Notes: generated from the letters alone by a model not told the origin. A DNA stretch of 60,232 bases, filler included, from Sphacelaria rigidula (GCA_964200075.2; 10 parts of 10 records of this genome joined end to end with filler, not necessarily neighbours in it); one strand, 5' to 3'. Positions 1 through 12,713 are shown, numbered from the whole stretch's first letter. Program-made: numbers and translations.

Positions 1-510
1 CGTGCATGCGCACAACGTGGCCGGCGTATAGGAGGGTCCGTTTCATCACAGTGGCAATACCAATAGCAATATATCTTCGCTTCTCTATCGAGGTGCTCGA
101 CTCAAGCACCCGCTTGTGCGGGACCTATCATGCGTGTACACTTGAGAATAACCCGTGCGTATCCTTCGTTCTCTCGTGTAATGACCACACTTGATCCCCT
201 TCCCTCACACCCCTTTACTCATACACTAGCCCTTGTTTGAGCCATTCTCACTCCTATCTAGTCCCTGAGGATCGCTCATACTCACAAATCCCATTAAGGC
301 ATGACAAAACCGTGAGACTCGCTACAGGGCTCCATGCCGCGCTCCATCCCATCTTCCTGCAGTTACCCCGAACTCATACTATTGTGCAAACTTCTACTAA
401 GAAGCCATACTTGACAGAAATCAAGGTATAAAGGTAAACGCCGACATACAACCACTCTCCCTCTGTAAGTATTAAGTATTCACCCTGAACCCGCACGCTG
501 TTCGCTCGTC

Positions 511-830
511 ATTTGCCTGTCCAGGCTATCAAAAATATGTGATTACTTTATCTTGCCGTGTTTGCTCACCGCACGGTGTCTTCCAAGCGCAGAGGGCATG
601 AGTACAGATCACCCCCGGATCTGCTGGCTTCATACCACCCTTCTGAACCGAGCGTGATCCCCTATCTACCTCTCCTCGTCATCTGTCTGTCCAGTCTGCC
701 AAAAATGTGTGATTACTGTATCTTGCTGTGTTTGCTTACCGCAAGATGCCCTCCAAACTTAGAGCACATGAGTGAAGGTCACCCCCTGAGCGGATCTGCT
801 GGCTTCATGCCGTCCTTCTGAACTGAGGGA
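511..830 (+). repeat. Diverged tandem duplication, ~170-bp period
   Basis: atttgcctgtccaggctatcaaaaatatgtgattac...ggatctgctggcttcatac (from 511) aligns with atctgtctgtccagtctgccaaaaatgtgtgattac...ggatctgctggcttcatgc (from 681). Confidence 0.8.
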
Positions 831-913
831 GACCCCCCACCTCCCTCCCGAGCTAAACGGCTCAATCCAACAATGAATCACTCAGTGTACACCAAAGAGT
901 TCGGTATGCAGTG

Positions 914-1159
914 GACACTTTCTACGACAGCCCCCCTAGAAAAACCAGCCCAAAACCGTCACGAGGAAAAGGGTCATACAGCGCCTGGTGTTGGGTTTCA
1001 GGCTGCACGAAGCGCCTCATATGGGCGACATTGGCGGAAACGAACCCACGCGTGGGAATTCCCAGCTCCTCGTTATGCTCGGCTTCTGTCATTTTGATTT
1101 TCGTGTAGTTTTTGCCTCCCCAAACCAGCCACTTTGGGGGGGCTATCGTAGAAAGTGTC
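914..1159. mobile_element. MITE, family with TIR GACACTTTCTACGAYAGCCCCCC
   Basis: gacactttctacgacagcccccc at 914 and ggggggctatcgtagaaagtgtc ending 1159; the internal sequence is the reverse complement of 9617-9860. Confidence 0.8.
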
Positions 1160-3407
1160 AGCAGTGTGTAAACCTCCTGCCGCAAGTCCTCCTACTCCGT
1201 GCATAGCTCGCTGGTCTTTGAAGTGCCAAGTTTTGCGCTTTTCCAACCGATTGCCTCGATTTGCAACTCGCCATTCCTTTCCCTTGCTTCGTGAACATTG
1301 AAATCTTGAAGAAATACCTAAGAAGTGCCCACCAACCCCTCGGTTACAGGTGGACAAGCGCCCCACGTTCTTAGTTCTTGCGAGTTCATATCTCGGCACA
1401 CCCCGTGCTCCCCAGCGACCCCTCCCCGATTAAAGTTATTTCGAGAAGTGTCATTTTTCTATTGGCTCATGTGAAGGGACGTCTCGCACATAACGACTGC
1501 TGCTTGAAAAAAAAACGATCCCAGTCATGCTGCATATTCCGTCAGAGAGATGAACTCTGCCTCCCCCTCTCCCCTCTTATGGCGTTGAAGGAATACTGCC
1601 AGTCGTGCGTTGCGCGCCGTTCCGAAACTAAACGCGTTTCTACGCGAATTCCTCACCACCTTGCGTTTTATATGCCGTCTATCCCCAAAACTATCTAGCA
1701 ATTGCTGCAGTACCCTCCTCGAAAACAGAGAAATCAACTACCTGATGCACGAAATATCACCACGACTGGTTTCAAACCTGGGCCTGTCGGCTCAATTTTT
1801 GCATATTTTTAAGCGTTCACTCCCCCACTTTATTCATGCAACTGCGCAAGACACTAAAACAATAACTGATGTCTCCAATTCTGATTAACCCTCGTCTCTC
1901 CTTGCTCAGCGAACGAATGCATACGAAGTATGCCATATGTGAAGAATATCTGCTACGCGCTTCGAGCACGTCAAGTGGTGTGCCACATATCACTTCCGGT
2001 CGGCAGTGGGCATATATCGTTTTCCTTCGCTGTTTCCATCGCCATCATCAACCTGTCAGCCTCCTTCCATCGTCCGTCCCCCAACGACATGTTCCGGCCC
2101 CCTGCCCAATCCACCTTGAAGATCTCGGAATTGCTAATGATCTGTACTTGACTACCCAATACACAACGCAACACATATCGAGCCATCCCACCCTACCGAG
2201 GCGAGCGCGATCCCCTGTGCGTTGTCGCCGCCGCCGCCGATGCCGCTCGTATCGTCCGGCGGACTGAGCTCCGTGGTGTGCCGGTCGTTGCCTCCCCCCC
2301 CACTCTCCCCGCTCCGCCAATGGCGCCGACCTTGGCGTCCGACCATCACCACCGGTTTCTGAAGCAGTCGATGTTTAAGTACTTGTTCCTCCCGCCTCTA
2401 CCACCGTTCCCTTTCACGCGACCTTCCGTCGCCTGGGCACGTCGTGAACAAAAAGCCCCGTCTGCCGAGGGCAGCTTGCTGGGGTGTCTGTCGCGGTCGG
2501 TGGACAACGATTGTGATTGCGAGTGGCCCTTGTCGGTACCGGTGCTGCTGGGGACCGAGCCTGGCCCTGAGCCCTGTTTGACCTGCTACGGTTGATGGGC
2601 GTGCAAGCTGCAATGTTGGGGTGTAACATTTGCGGGGAAGGGGGGAGAAGGTGGGGGTCACGGGTAGTGGTGTTCTTTCGCAGTGAAGGCGTATGACAGG
2701 AAGGAATTAACGTTTCAATGCAACGGTGGTTGCCCCTCCTGTTTGCGGTCACGACAGGGCGTCACCTGCCCCCATATGAGTCGCGATTGCATTTTTTCCC
2801 GTTGCTGTGAAAGTACAGCATGGTGCTGGTTCCCCGTGTCGATCCATGTTCGCAAGCGATAAGGTGATGTAGAGACGTGAAGCACACAGGAAACGTCAGA
2901 GAACATGTAGAGTTTTGACGCGGCTTTCACGGAGGTCACAAGCCCGGCTGTGACATCAAAGACCGGTCATTCACAATTCAAGGCCTAGTCAATGTAAGAA
3001 TCTTGTACGACGGGCGCCCGCTGATAGTGATTGTGGCGAATTGCTTTCAAACCGACAAAGTTCAGCCCTCCCAACAGGTGCTGACTCAACTTATCCACGA
3101 CAAGTGCCCACAAGAATACTGTCTCACTTAGTACCCGCTCGGTTGACGTTCCTGGCACCCCTTGCGACAGCCGAACCGGCATCCCCTCCGCCCATCCCTT
3201 TTTCCCGGACGCCTTCACCAAGGCTATCGCGGCTTGCGCATGCTCGCTGCTCCCTCTCCCCGGATCCTCGCCTGCACCTCCTGCACCAACCACCTAACCA
3301 CGTCCGACATTCTCGCTGGCGACACTTCACCAAGGTGACCTAGCCGAGAAGCAGTTCTCCTCTTGAGACTTGTACCTCTCCCCGAGACAACACCCCCCGC
3401 AGCAGTA

Positions 3408-5575
3408 TCAGTGCCCAGGGAAGAAATTCCCCCTGACGCCGACCCACTCGCCCCAGGTCGCGCGGAAGCAGGCTGCGGCACGCGTACTATAGTCTGGCGT
3501 CGTGGTGCAGCACTTCGTGGGGGTGATGGTTGTAGCGGAATCGGCTACGTTGGCGGAGGTGGAAGCGGCAACGTTGGCGGGGGCTGCGGCGGCTTGACCT
3601 GCTGCGGTGCTTGACGTTCTGATCGAAGCATCGACGGGACGGATGCTGGTATGGTGTCGCTCCGCCGGGACACTGGCACGAGTGGCAGCCCGTAGCGAGC
3701 GGGTCGTCTCTCGCCGTTGGTGCATCAGCAATCTGCCATGGGCCCGCCGGGGTGCCTCCAGCTGTACCGTCGCCGCTTCTGTCTTGCGCCATTTGCACTC
3801 AATCTCCTCCGTTTGGTGCGCTCGTGGTGGTTGACGGGCCTGCGACTCCCATGACTTCATCTCCATTTGCAGATCTCTGATTGTTTTCTGCACATTTTGT
3901 CCTTCCGTCTCCAAACGGCGTGTCATCATAGCCGCGGTCTCCTTCTTCTCCGCTGCGACCGCGATGGCCTTGTCACTATCACGCTGCAACTTCTCGGTTT
4001 CTTCTTTTGCCCTCCGCAATTCCTTGTAAAGAGATCGGGCCGCGTCTAGCCCTCCCTCAGCCGATTCTGCGCGTTCTCTCAAGTTCTTCACGTGGTGCCC
4101 CTGATTTTCAAGAGTTTTCTGCAGCCCGTTGATGGTGGAGTTCTTCGACTCCAAACCGACCTTTGCCGTCTCCAGGTTCCACTCCAGCTCCGCGATTTGA
4201 TTGACTTTTCTCGTGATCTGTACGGTGCTCTCTTCATTGGAAGCAGCGTGGTTGCTCTCCATCTCCCGCTGCGCCCTCACCGCGTCTTCCGGACGACTTT
4301 TGAGCCCACCCACCTCGCGTGCCAATATTTCCTCTCGCCTCTTGCATTCCTTGTCCGTAGCGTGTCGCGCCTCGTCTGACGAAGCCAACAAGTTGATAAA
4401 GTCGTCTCGCTGCTTCTCCCTAACTTTCAACGTCTCCTTCATGGAAGCGACGTCCGCCGTCCGCTTCCGTATCTCAGCCGTCAGCGCTGCATTTTTCTCT
4501 TGCAACTGATTGGCGATAACCTCCGTTTTGTGTGGTCGCTCCTCGGAGACCACGCCTGTTGTCTGTGTTTCTATCCTCGAGATGTGGGCTTGAAGCTTGG
4601 CTGTCCTTGCCCGTTCCTCCGACAATCGGGACTGAAGCGTCGACGTCAGGCTTTCCCGGGCTGCCAGGAGCGCCTGCGTCGATTCCACTTTCTCGTTGGA
4701 TTTCTGGCAGGCCCTGCGTATGGCTTCCTCTCGTTCTACCACAGCCCTGCCGCGTTCTTCCGCTCGCGCTTCGCGCATCCGCTTCAGCTCATCCATAGCC
4801 ACTTCTATAATTCGATCGGAGCTTCCCTTAGCGAACCCCGCGGCGGCATCGAAGGCTTTGATCACATCAACGTCACCGAAGCCATGGTCGAGGATGGCGG
4901 CGGCGGGAGTACTGGCGGCAGCGGAGCTCGAATCATCCACCGTACTCGTCCCGATCGATTTTTCGTCGCCCACATCCGACGTAGCCCCAAAGGCGGAGTG
5001 CATGCCCGGCGATCCCGGCGATGACTGTGGACAACCCTCTGCATCACCTGTTGGCGACGACGAACAGGTGCGTCGGAGATCCCTCCGCTCTGGTCTACAA
5101 CAGCAGCAGGTGCCGAGAGACCGCCAGCTTCCATCGCCACCACCGGTGACGGCACCGGCGACGTGTGGGCAGTGTTAATCGTGATATCTTCATTCTCCTG
5201 AACGCGACCCTTGCTCTCAGATGGGGATGAGCATCCCCCTTCAGTCATCCTCTCTGCAGTGCCGTCGTCGCGGAGGGCGGGGCTAACTTTGCCTTGACTT
5301 GACGACCCCGGTGGCGGCGATGTCGCACGCGCTATAGTGTCAACGGTGGCCTTGATGTTATTCGACTTGGCGGCTCGAGGAGACTGTAACTGTAGGAGGG
5401 ACTGGCTCGTGCTGCTCGCTGTTTCAGAAGCAGCCGTGTTGACGGCATATGCGGCACGTGCACGGGGTGAGCTGAGCTGGCTGGCTGTTGCGGCCCCGCG
5501 AGCCTCGGCGGCGACAATCACGCCGTCCAGGGCTCTCTCCAGTGACTCGATTCCCTGTGCGCACGCCGGAAGCAC
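3408..5575 (-). pseudogene. Large exon of a Ser/Pro/Ala-rich plus long coiled-coil protein, broken by frameshift(s)
   Basis: ORFs 4862-5575 and 3408-5003 overlap in different frames near 5050-5080; about 300 aa of E/K/R/Q/A-rich heptad-like sequence (MDELKRMREARAEE...LQMEMKSWE). No family recognised. Confidence 0.6.
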
Positions 5576-5599
5576 GGTCGAAAAACTGTTTCACATGCA

Positions 5600-5934
5600 C
5601 AGCAGAGAGGATGGAGTAAAGTGGAAAAAAGAAGTCGAGAAAATATGGAAGGAGGTCGGAGGAAACCAAGACGAAATTCTATCCACGGATGAAGATGCGG
5701 GGTACAAGGCAAAAGTAAGAGATACGATAGAAACAAGGGAAAAAGGAGTGCTCAGATGCAAAGCAGACGAGGAAGAACACCTGGAGATATACGGGTGGGT
5801 AAGAGAGGGACAGGGATGAAAGCATATTTGCATGGCCCGATGGACGCTGCGAAAATATGAAATTGCGATTTCGGGTGGGGGACCTGGACCTGCCAGAAAG
5901 AAGAAAGAGACATACCAGTCGCCGGGAAAAGGAT
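5600..5934 (+). mobile_element. 5'-truncated non-LTR retrotransposon (LINE) fragment, C-terminal region of ORF2
   Basis: Reads GVKWKKEVEKIWKEVGGNQDEILS...HLEIYG...HGPMDAAK../MKLRFRVGDLDLPERRKRHTS across frameshifts, matching the post-RT tail I recall for brown-algal LINEs; cut by the contig end. Confidence 0.7.
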
Positions 5935-6034
5935 NNNNNNNNNNNNNNNNNNNNNNNNNNNNNNNNNNNNNNNNNNNNTTAATTAATTAANNNNNNNNNN
6001 NNNNNNNNNNNNNNNNNNNNNNNNNNNNNNNNNN
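5935..6034. other. Artificial contig linker (44 N + TTAATTAATTAA + 44 N); identical linkers at 11969-12068, 18002-18101, 24035-24134, 30068-30167, 36101-36200, 42134-42233, 48167-48266, 54200-54299
   Basis: Nine identical 100-bp spacers with stop codons in all six frames; the segments between them are 5934, 5934 and then 5933 bp, i.e. length-sorted contigs. Confidence 0.98.
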
Positions 6035-6232
6035 GTAGCTCACCTATCGCAAACGTGCGTAGCTCATACAGCTCCCATAGCTCATCCAGGTCGAATATGA
6101 GCTGATGAGCTACGGGTTGGTAGCTCACGTACGATAAACATGCGTAGCTCATGTAGCTCTCATAGCTCACTAGGGAGCTACGCTCAAAAAGAGCTAGCTC
6201 GAGCTATAGGGAGCTGATCCGTCCGACGTGTG
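6035..6232. mobile_element. Right end of a CACACGTCGGAC-TIR element with dense AGCT subterminal motifs
   Basis: Ends in gtccgacgtgtg (6221-6232), preceded by many tagctc/gagct motifs; the same terminus occurs at 16559, 42639, 58759 and 59552. Confidence 0.7.
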
Positions 6233-7605
6233 CAACTTTCGGAACCATCCCCACAGATAGGGAGAAGAAATTATGTATTGCAACATGTTTTCACCAATTA
6301 GTCTTTCACAACACGAAAATGCGGGAGCTTTCCACCAATCATATGAGAGCTATGAGATGCATATGAGTCTCAAAAGGCTTTGATTGGCCCACACGTTGCG
6401 CCGCTGCGAGAGAGAACTGCGACGATCAATCGCTGAGGATACAGCAGTCCGTGCTGGCTCAGTTTGTTTGCCCCACCCTCCAGACACCTGCCTTGGGTGT
6501 CTTCCCCGATCACAGCACCAGACTACAACTGAAAGTTCTAAAGACGACACCCCAACGGTTGCACAGCCGTCATGTTTTTTTTTCAACTTTGTATAGACAG
6601 AAAATTGTTCCCTCCCCAGTTCTGTACAGACCTGTACAGACCGGAACGCGGCATGAGTGAAGTAGCCCAGGCAATCTCCAGCGTAGCTCGAGCCGTGCTC
6701 GTAGGGTTCAAATGCACCAGAGTGCAGCGAAAACTACAACATAGACATGATGAATGATGGTATGGGCACGAAATGGCTTGTTCATTTTCCAGAGGACGCA
6801 ACAGCCAACACACCGTGACGTATTTAAGAGGAGGTGAACAGCACTACGTGCCGAGCGCATTTTTATACCGACCATTACACAACAGTACACGAGGTCAGGC
6901 AACCCCCAGCACATATCACCGTGTTCGCAGCGCTCGAACGCACCACACTGCAGTATCAGCTACAGCGCAGGGATGATGGGTTTGGACACGAAGCTCGCCG
7001 TAAGTACAGCCCACCACAAGTGTGATGGTTTGGTATGGGTAGTGAGTGGTATGAGTGAGATGGCCAGATATTGTTCCAGTTTTTGGAAAACGGTTCTGAG
7101 AGGAGGCAAATCTAACAGAAACCTGTCGGAACTGGGCCTAATTTTGAAAAAAATATGTCAGTTTTGCCTCCTGTTGATATTCAGATGAAAAATTTGGACG
7201 ATTCCCTGTCCCACAATGGACGTGGTTATTTGTGCGCGGCGGAGATCCCTTGAAGAAGCAAACGGAAATTGCTCAGAATTTTCCCATAATATTCGGTCTC
7301 ATCATTTTCTTCGCCAGCGAGAGTTAGCGGCAGAATCGCAAAATTCCGATCTGATAGCTCCACCTCGTTCATGCTTCTGACTCCTTCACGTGATTTTTCT
7401 CGTGTCGGCCCCTTCGACCTACATTGGGAGATCCAAACAGCAAAACGATACGCGTGACTGTACTCTATACTTGCGAACACTACGCTCGCACGAGCACACA
7501 ACTGTCTAGAGGTTCGGTCGGCATTTCATTTTGAATATTCCAGCTTCCCGTACTGGGATCCATAGCCGTGAGATTGGAGCCCTATGGAGCACGTACCCCC
7601 CCCCC

Positions 7606-7607
<2 letters not shown>

Positions 7608-7646
<39 letters not shown>
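7608..7646 (+). repeat. (AC)n microsatellite; other simple repeats at 11661-11712 (AAC)n, 13136-13168 (AC)n, 15190-15213 (GA)n, 22313-22338 (GAC)n
   Basis: Directly visible. Confidence 0.95.
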
Positions 7647-7647
<1 letters not shown>

Positions 7648-9137
7648 GCACACTCTGACACCCATGCGAACACCTCGCACACCGAGAAGCAGACGCTTGT
7701 GCGCTATTACAGTCCCTTATGAGAACGCTCAAAATATTCGCGGCAGCGTGCGTGATTACCGCGCGGTAATGCACGTGACTCATATCCAACTCCCAACTCA
7801 AGATAGCGTTAACCCTCCCGAAGAAGAATGCTCTTCTGCGAAGCTAGTTTTATCAATGTTTTGAGCCTTAAACCGCGAGGGTAGTCCTTCTGGATCACGC
7901 ATACTTTTGTCAGGTGAAATTGAATGCCGATTCAAGAGATGACCTGCTCTCGCCGTCTTGAGGGTGAAATTCAAACGGAAACAATGAGATCGAGCCAATA
8001 TCAAGTCGTTGATGTTTCAAATGCGTAGGTGGGTGCAATTTTTTGCGTCGTATTCATTGATAGTTATGAACCAACAAGCCAAGCCATTTTTGTGAAAATA
8101 TCAGGAATTCGGGGGGGGTCACGTTTCTCACTTCCCCCCACAGGTTTTACGGGTTACACATTGATTTTTTTTCTTCGTTTCGACTCTCAAATGGACATAA
8201 TATGGCATTCAAAGAGGGAAAAATGCTTCGGAGAGTGTTTCAACTAATGTGATGTAGAGGCGAATGGAAACGAAAATGAGCACATTTCATGTTTGAATCG
8301 CGAAACGCACGTGACTGCATTTTTTTACGTTACAATTTCTGACAACCGTGGGAGAACCGTCAGATACGCATTATACAAAGCCCTCCCTTGACTGCATTTG
8401 TTGCACAGCCTGTGTAACTACAACTAGTTGGTACTACAACTAATCTGCCGTTAGTTGCCTGCAAAAAGCTCTCGGGTGAAAACATCACGCGACCACTTGC
8501 CTCTAGACTCGGACTGGATGAGAACACTGCGCAATTACTTGTATATAGCAACTCTCGCTCGGAAATTGCGCTTAACTGGATGCATGCACACAGCTCTCGG
8601 CCGAAAAAATCGCGCAACTGGCCGCATGTGGACAACTCTCGGCCGACAATGTCGCACAGCTAGTTGCCCGCCAACGTCCCTCGGGTGGAGGACCTGGGCA
8701 ACTAGTTGTGCAGCAGCAACTACCGACAAAGAAAAGTGAACTAGACTACGCAACTTTAAACGAAGATGTTGGATTTTTTGTACTGGACGCGATCAAATTT
8801 CACTTCGAGGGAAGCGAATCATCATCTATTGGTCAAAAGCTACCGCTCGAAATACAGTATCTGTGCTTTTCTCGGGTTGCGGACCTCAAGGATGCATGTC
8901 CTCTATGAGTGGCTATTACGCAGGTCTGTCAGATGTTGGCAGATGTTGGTATGCCCAAAACTGCACAAACCAGACACCTGCTTTTTGCGGTACGCTTTTT
9001 CGTGTTTAAATTTCAACGTCAATACTGTCTGCTGCACGGCTCATGTCTGGACAGCATCCCTACCGCAAAGCCGCGCTGATTTTCCAACACACTGCTAATA
9101 GCTTCGCGCTACGACGCGTGTTTACTGCCAACCTCAG

Positions 9138-9344
9138 TTGCACGAGTCATTGGAAGGATACCAACCAAAGGTCAAGTTGATTGAGCAGCATTTGGGGCTC
9201 TGGTCGTCCGTTCTGGCGCGTCTTGGTCGGGGGAACGGGACCACTGCCACATCGAACGCCTCTGAAGAGCAAACGCCTCGAGGCGTTTACATGTATGGAG
9301 GCGTCGGCACGGGGAAGACGTTCATGATGGACCTCTTCTACGAG
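9138..9344 (+). CDS. AFG1: Internal exon of an AFG1/LACE1/ZapE-family ATPase (Walker A)
   Basis: ctcAG|TTG...TACGAG|GTtagt; 207 bp, phase 0; encodes PRGVYMYGGVGTGKTFMMDLFYE, the AFG1-family P-loop signature. Confidence 0.92.
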
Positions 9345-9616
9345 GTTAGTGTAGAGTATACACTTTTGCTCGTCCTGCATTCCTTCACGACTGTGTTGTA
9401 CTGCGCAGTATTGATAGCTCTTAGGTGTCGTGTATCGTAGTGCAAGGTCAGCGTGTTGTCATGATTGACCGTGTCTCTTAGACAAAGACGTTTTCCATTA
9501 CGACCAGACCAAGGAATGGGGTACGTGTTGCGGCGCATGGTGCATACTTCGCGTTCAACCAACAGCTTCCAGTACGGTTACGTTGATACGTGTGAATTAG
9601 CAGCTGCGCTCAAGTT

Positions 9617-9860
9617 ATACCGCGATAGCCCCCCCCAGAAGAGTGACTGGTTTTGATGAGGCAAAGTCCACATGCGAATTAGAATGACAAAAGCCGAGCA
9701 CACCGAGCAACTGGAAACTTCCACGCTTGAGATCATTTTCGCCAATGTCGCCCATGTGACGCGGTTCGTGCAGCCTGAAACCGGCTATCATGCACTGTAT
9801 GGCCATCTTGTTCGTGGCAGTTCTGGGGCTGGTTTGGAGGGGGGGGGGGGGGGGGGGGCG
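9617..9860. mobile_element. Second copy (inverted) of the 914-1159 MITE family, inside the AFG1 intron; a more distant relative lies at ~49702-49935
   Basis: cgcgatagcccccccc...gccaatgtcgcccat...cgtgcagcctgaaacc matches the reverse complement of 914-1159. Confidence 0.75.
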
Positions 9861-10301
9861 CGATCAGTTTTTTCCTTTCTTTAAGACCTTTTCCCCTGCC
9901 CCCCTTGTGAGGGGGGGGGGGGNNNNNNNNATCATAAGACCATTGACCTCGCATCCCTACAAAGCCGGGACGGAGCACGCCGGGTTCTCGCCGGACCAGG
10001 CTCGCGGGGGTCATCGCGCCATCACTCGTTCGAACGAAGTGAAGGAAACTTGGCGAAGGGCTGCACCGGGCAACGGTGGGGAGTTACTGGGTTGGTACCG
10101 TATTGGTACAGTATGCTTGCTATTCATAATGGTTTTATGCGAACTAAAACCCTTACAGCATCGTTGCTGCGGTGTTGTAACTCCTCTCGTGACGTTCGAG
10201 TTTCCCGAGCAAGTCACGAATATGCCCCAGGAGTGTGCCCCGGGAATGTGTGTCCATGTTTTGAAACCGCCGGGCGTCCGTCACGGGTTCCGTTCCATCA
10301 G

Positions 10302-10472
10302 GAGTCACCCGTCAAGTCGAAGAGACGAGTGCACTTCTTGGATTTCATGCTGGATGTTCACGAGCGCATGCATCAGTGTCGGAAAAGGGGCATTAGTGGC
10401 GAGGACATGATATCCAGCGTCACAGAGGAGATTTTAGGAGAAGGCTGGTTGCTATGCTTCGACGAGATGCAG
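10302..10472 (+). CDS. AFG1: Next exon of the AFG1/LACE1/ZapE-family ATPase (Walker B)
   Basis: catcAG|GAG...ATGCAG|GTtcgg; 171 bp, phase 0, splices in frame to 9344; encodes KRRVHFLDFMLDVHERMH...LLCFDEMQ. Confidence 0.92.
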
Positions 10473-11005
10473 GTTCGGAGATCCGGATGTTAAACAGACG
10501 GGCGCACACATACTGATGGTTTCTTTCCAGGCTACTTTCTCTGTTATGCTCGTCTATTTTTCTTAAATGTTTCGGTCCATGTATAAGCCCGATCACTCAG
10601 ACCGCGGTCAGAGGATAGGTTCCCGTGCAAAATCTATTGAGAATGCTGTTATGCTGTTATCAACCAGCCATGAGGAAGAAATGGTGAATAACGGAATAAC
10701 TGCCTCATCACCTGACCGCGGGTAGTAGTTTGCTCACGAAAAGTTGAGACAGACACTCACACTACAATCGCCAGCCTTGGGACCAACCGAGATTCCACTG
10801 ACTTCACAGTTGAGCTGGCAGACCACTTTAGTTGAGTTGAAGGCCGAGCGCCAACAAAATAAGTCATATCCGTAGCACGGCGAGACAGATTTGGCCGTTA
10901 TTCCATGCCCTGGTTGCCGCACATCGTTAATGCATTTTGTGCCGTCTGTACGGTACACAGCTTGCGATTTCTGCGCGAAGTAAAAGTTTTTTAAGTTTGA
11001 CTCAA

Positions 11006-11262
11006 TAGTGATGCTACGGTAGGGGTGCACAAATATTTTCCGAGGTTATAATTGTTAGGAGCCCTTTATCTCATGCAAAACACGACCTTTGAAAATATGT
11101 GAGAGTACGCCAGGATTACTACTCCAATGTGCTGGAGATATCCCGAATGAATTTGCAAACGGGAATGCCCTGACCCATTTTTTTGTGCATCTAGAATCGT
11201 TAGGAGCCCTTGAACTAGACATAATTTCGCGAAAAAAGTGCACCCCTACTGTAGCATTGCTC
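11006..11262. mobile_element. MITE with GAG...CTC termini and 4-bp TSD (Sola-like)
   Basis: TIR (t)agtgatgctacggtaggggtgcac / gtgcacccctactgtagcattgctc; flanked by tcaa on both sides. Confidence 0.85.
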
Positions 11263-11659
11263 TCAACTGTGTCCAAGCTTTTATGACACTGCAAGAGCGG
11301 AATTTGCATTTCCTACAGCCTGTTATAATTAACAGGGTAACGAAGCTAAAATAGTGGCTAATAGTACAGAATTAGTCAAGGTGCGCCCAGGGCACGCCCA
11401 ACACAGCTCCGAGCAGCTGCGTCACCTGGTGGGAGATACCGTGTGCTTGACGACTAGACGAGAAAGCTCAGACTCATGTGGTATATCGATTAATTTGATT
11501 GATGATTGATTATCTCATATTAGGTGATTGCAATAATCCAGCCCCTGGTCAGGAACAGCGAAAATAGAACAGAATAATAAAAAGAAGAAAGAAAGGGACA
11601 AAAAGAGACAGAAGCAACGGCCTCAGAAAGGATAGAAAGGGGGCAGCGATAACAACAAA

Positions 11660-11712
<53 letters not shown>

Positions 11713-12327
11713 CAAAAAGATGATTATCGCGCATTACGTAGCTGATTGCAACACTCCAGCTTGTGATTAGAAATAAAAGGGGAAAAATGACAAGAATAAA
11801 AAGAAAGAAAAATAAAGAATAAAACGCAAAGAAAGGAATACAATGGACAAGAAGACAGAGCCAGGCTCGTTCCGGCGGCGGCGGGGGGGGGGGGGGGGGA
11901 ACCACAACAAAAAAAAAAACCACAAACAAAACAAAAACCAAAAAAAAAAAAGGAAAAAAAAACCAAAANNNNNNNNNNNNNNNNNNNNNNNNNNNNNNNN
12001 NNNNNNNNNNNNTTAATTAATTAANNNNNNNNNNNNNNNNNNNNNNNNNNNNNNNNNNNNNNNNNNNNAGAAATCGTGAATTTGGTGATTTTGAGTCGTG
12101 ATGATTTGTCCTAACCGTGGAAAAGAGTATGAGCATGGATACTGACATACAATCGTTGGTACTTGACCTTGAACAGCGAAAGTAGCTCATATGTTGAATC
12201 GGCACCAATTTCACTTGAAAAAAAAGTATGCATAGTCTAGATGGACCTCGTTCGCTGTCTAAGGGTTAGAAAAACATGTTCGAGCTGTCCGTGTTGCCCC
12301 GCCCCTTTTCGTCCGTGCCTACATCAG

Positions 12328-12422
12328 GCCGCACATTCTCCGAAATGGAAGAATTGGTTTCCAGGCTAGCAGACGCTCGGGAAGCTTGCCTCACTAAGAC
12401 CAATGCGCCCGCTGCTGTTGAG
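12328..12422 (+). CDS. Exon 1 of 3 of a TPR-containing protein fragment
   Basis: catcAG|GC CGC...GTTGAG|GTgcgg; RTFSEMEELVSRLADAREACLTKTNAPAAVE; phase compatible with the next exon. Confidence 0.6.
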
Positions 12423-12618
12423 GTGCGGCTTTGTTCACGAAATAATAGCTCCCCATTGGAGTAGTAGTGGTGGTAGTAATAGTAGCAGTAGTAGTAGGAG
12501 TCGTATAGTAGTCGTAAAGTAGCATGGTAAAATTCTCGTTATGATGAATATTTTAAATATTTTTCTATCGTGTGAGCAAATATTTCTTCATTCTTCATTT
12601 TTCTTGTTGCTTTTGCAG

Positions 12619-12713
12619 GGGCGTCGGCAAGTGGGATCGGTCATGTCTGATCTGGCCATTGCTCTCCGGAGACAGCCTAAGGAGCAGGCCATCCGAGCCT
12701 TCCCGCTTTTCAG
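12619..12713 (+). CDS. Exon 2 of 3 of a TPR-containing protein fragment
   Basis: Polypyrimidine tract then ttttgcAG|GGG...TTCAG|GTgcgc; GRRQVGSVMSDLAIALRRQPKEQAIRAFPLFR; ends in phase 2. Confidence 0.68.

Noticed and set aside
8360..8430. Minus-strand CSYTGCATNAVKGGLCI, resembling a WRKY19-like/EsV-1-7-type zinc-finger repeat
   Set aside because: Single copy lacking the final His-Gly, with no supporting exon structure.
11549..11966. Hydrophobic membrane-protein-like ORFs
   Set aside because: Translation of A-rich low-complexity sequence and an (AAC)n microsatellite.
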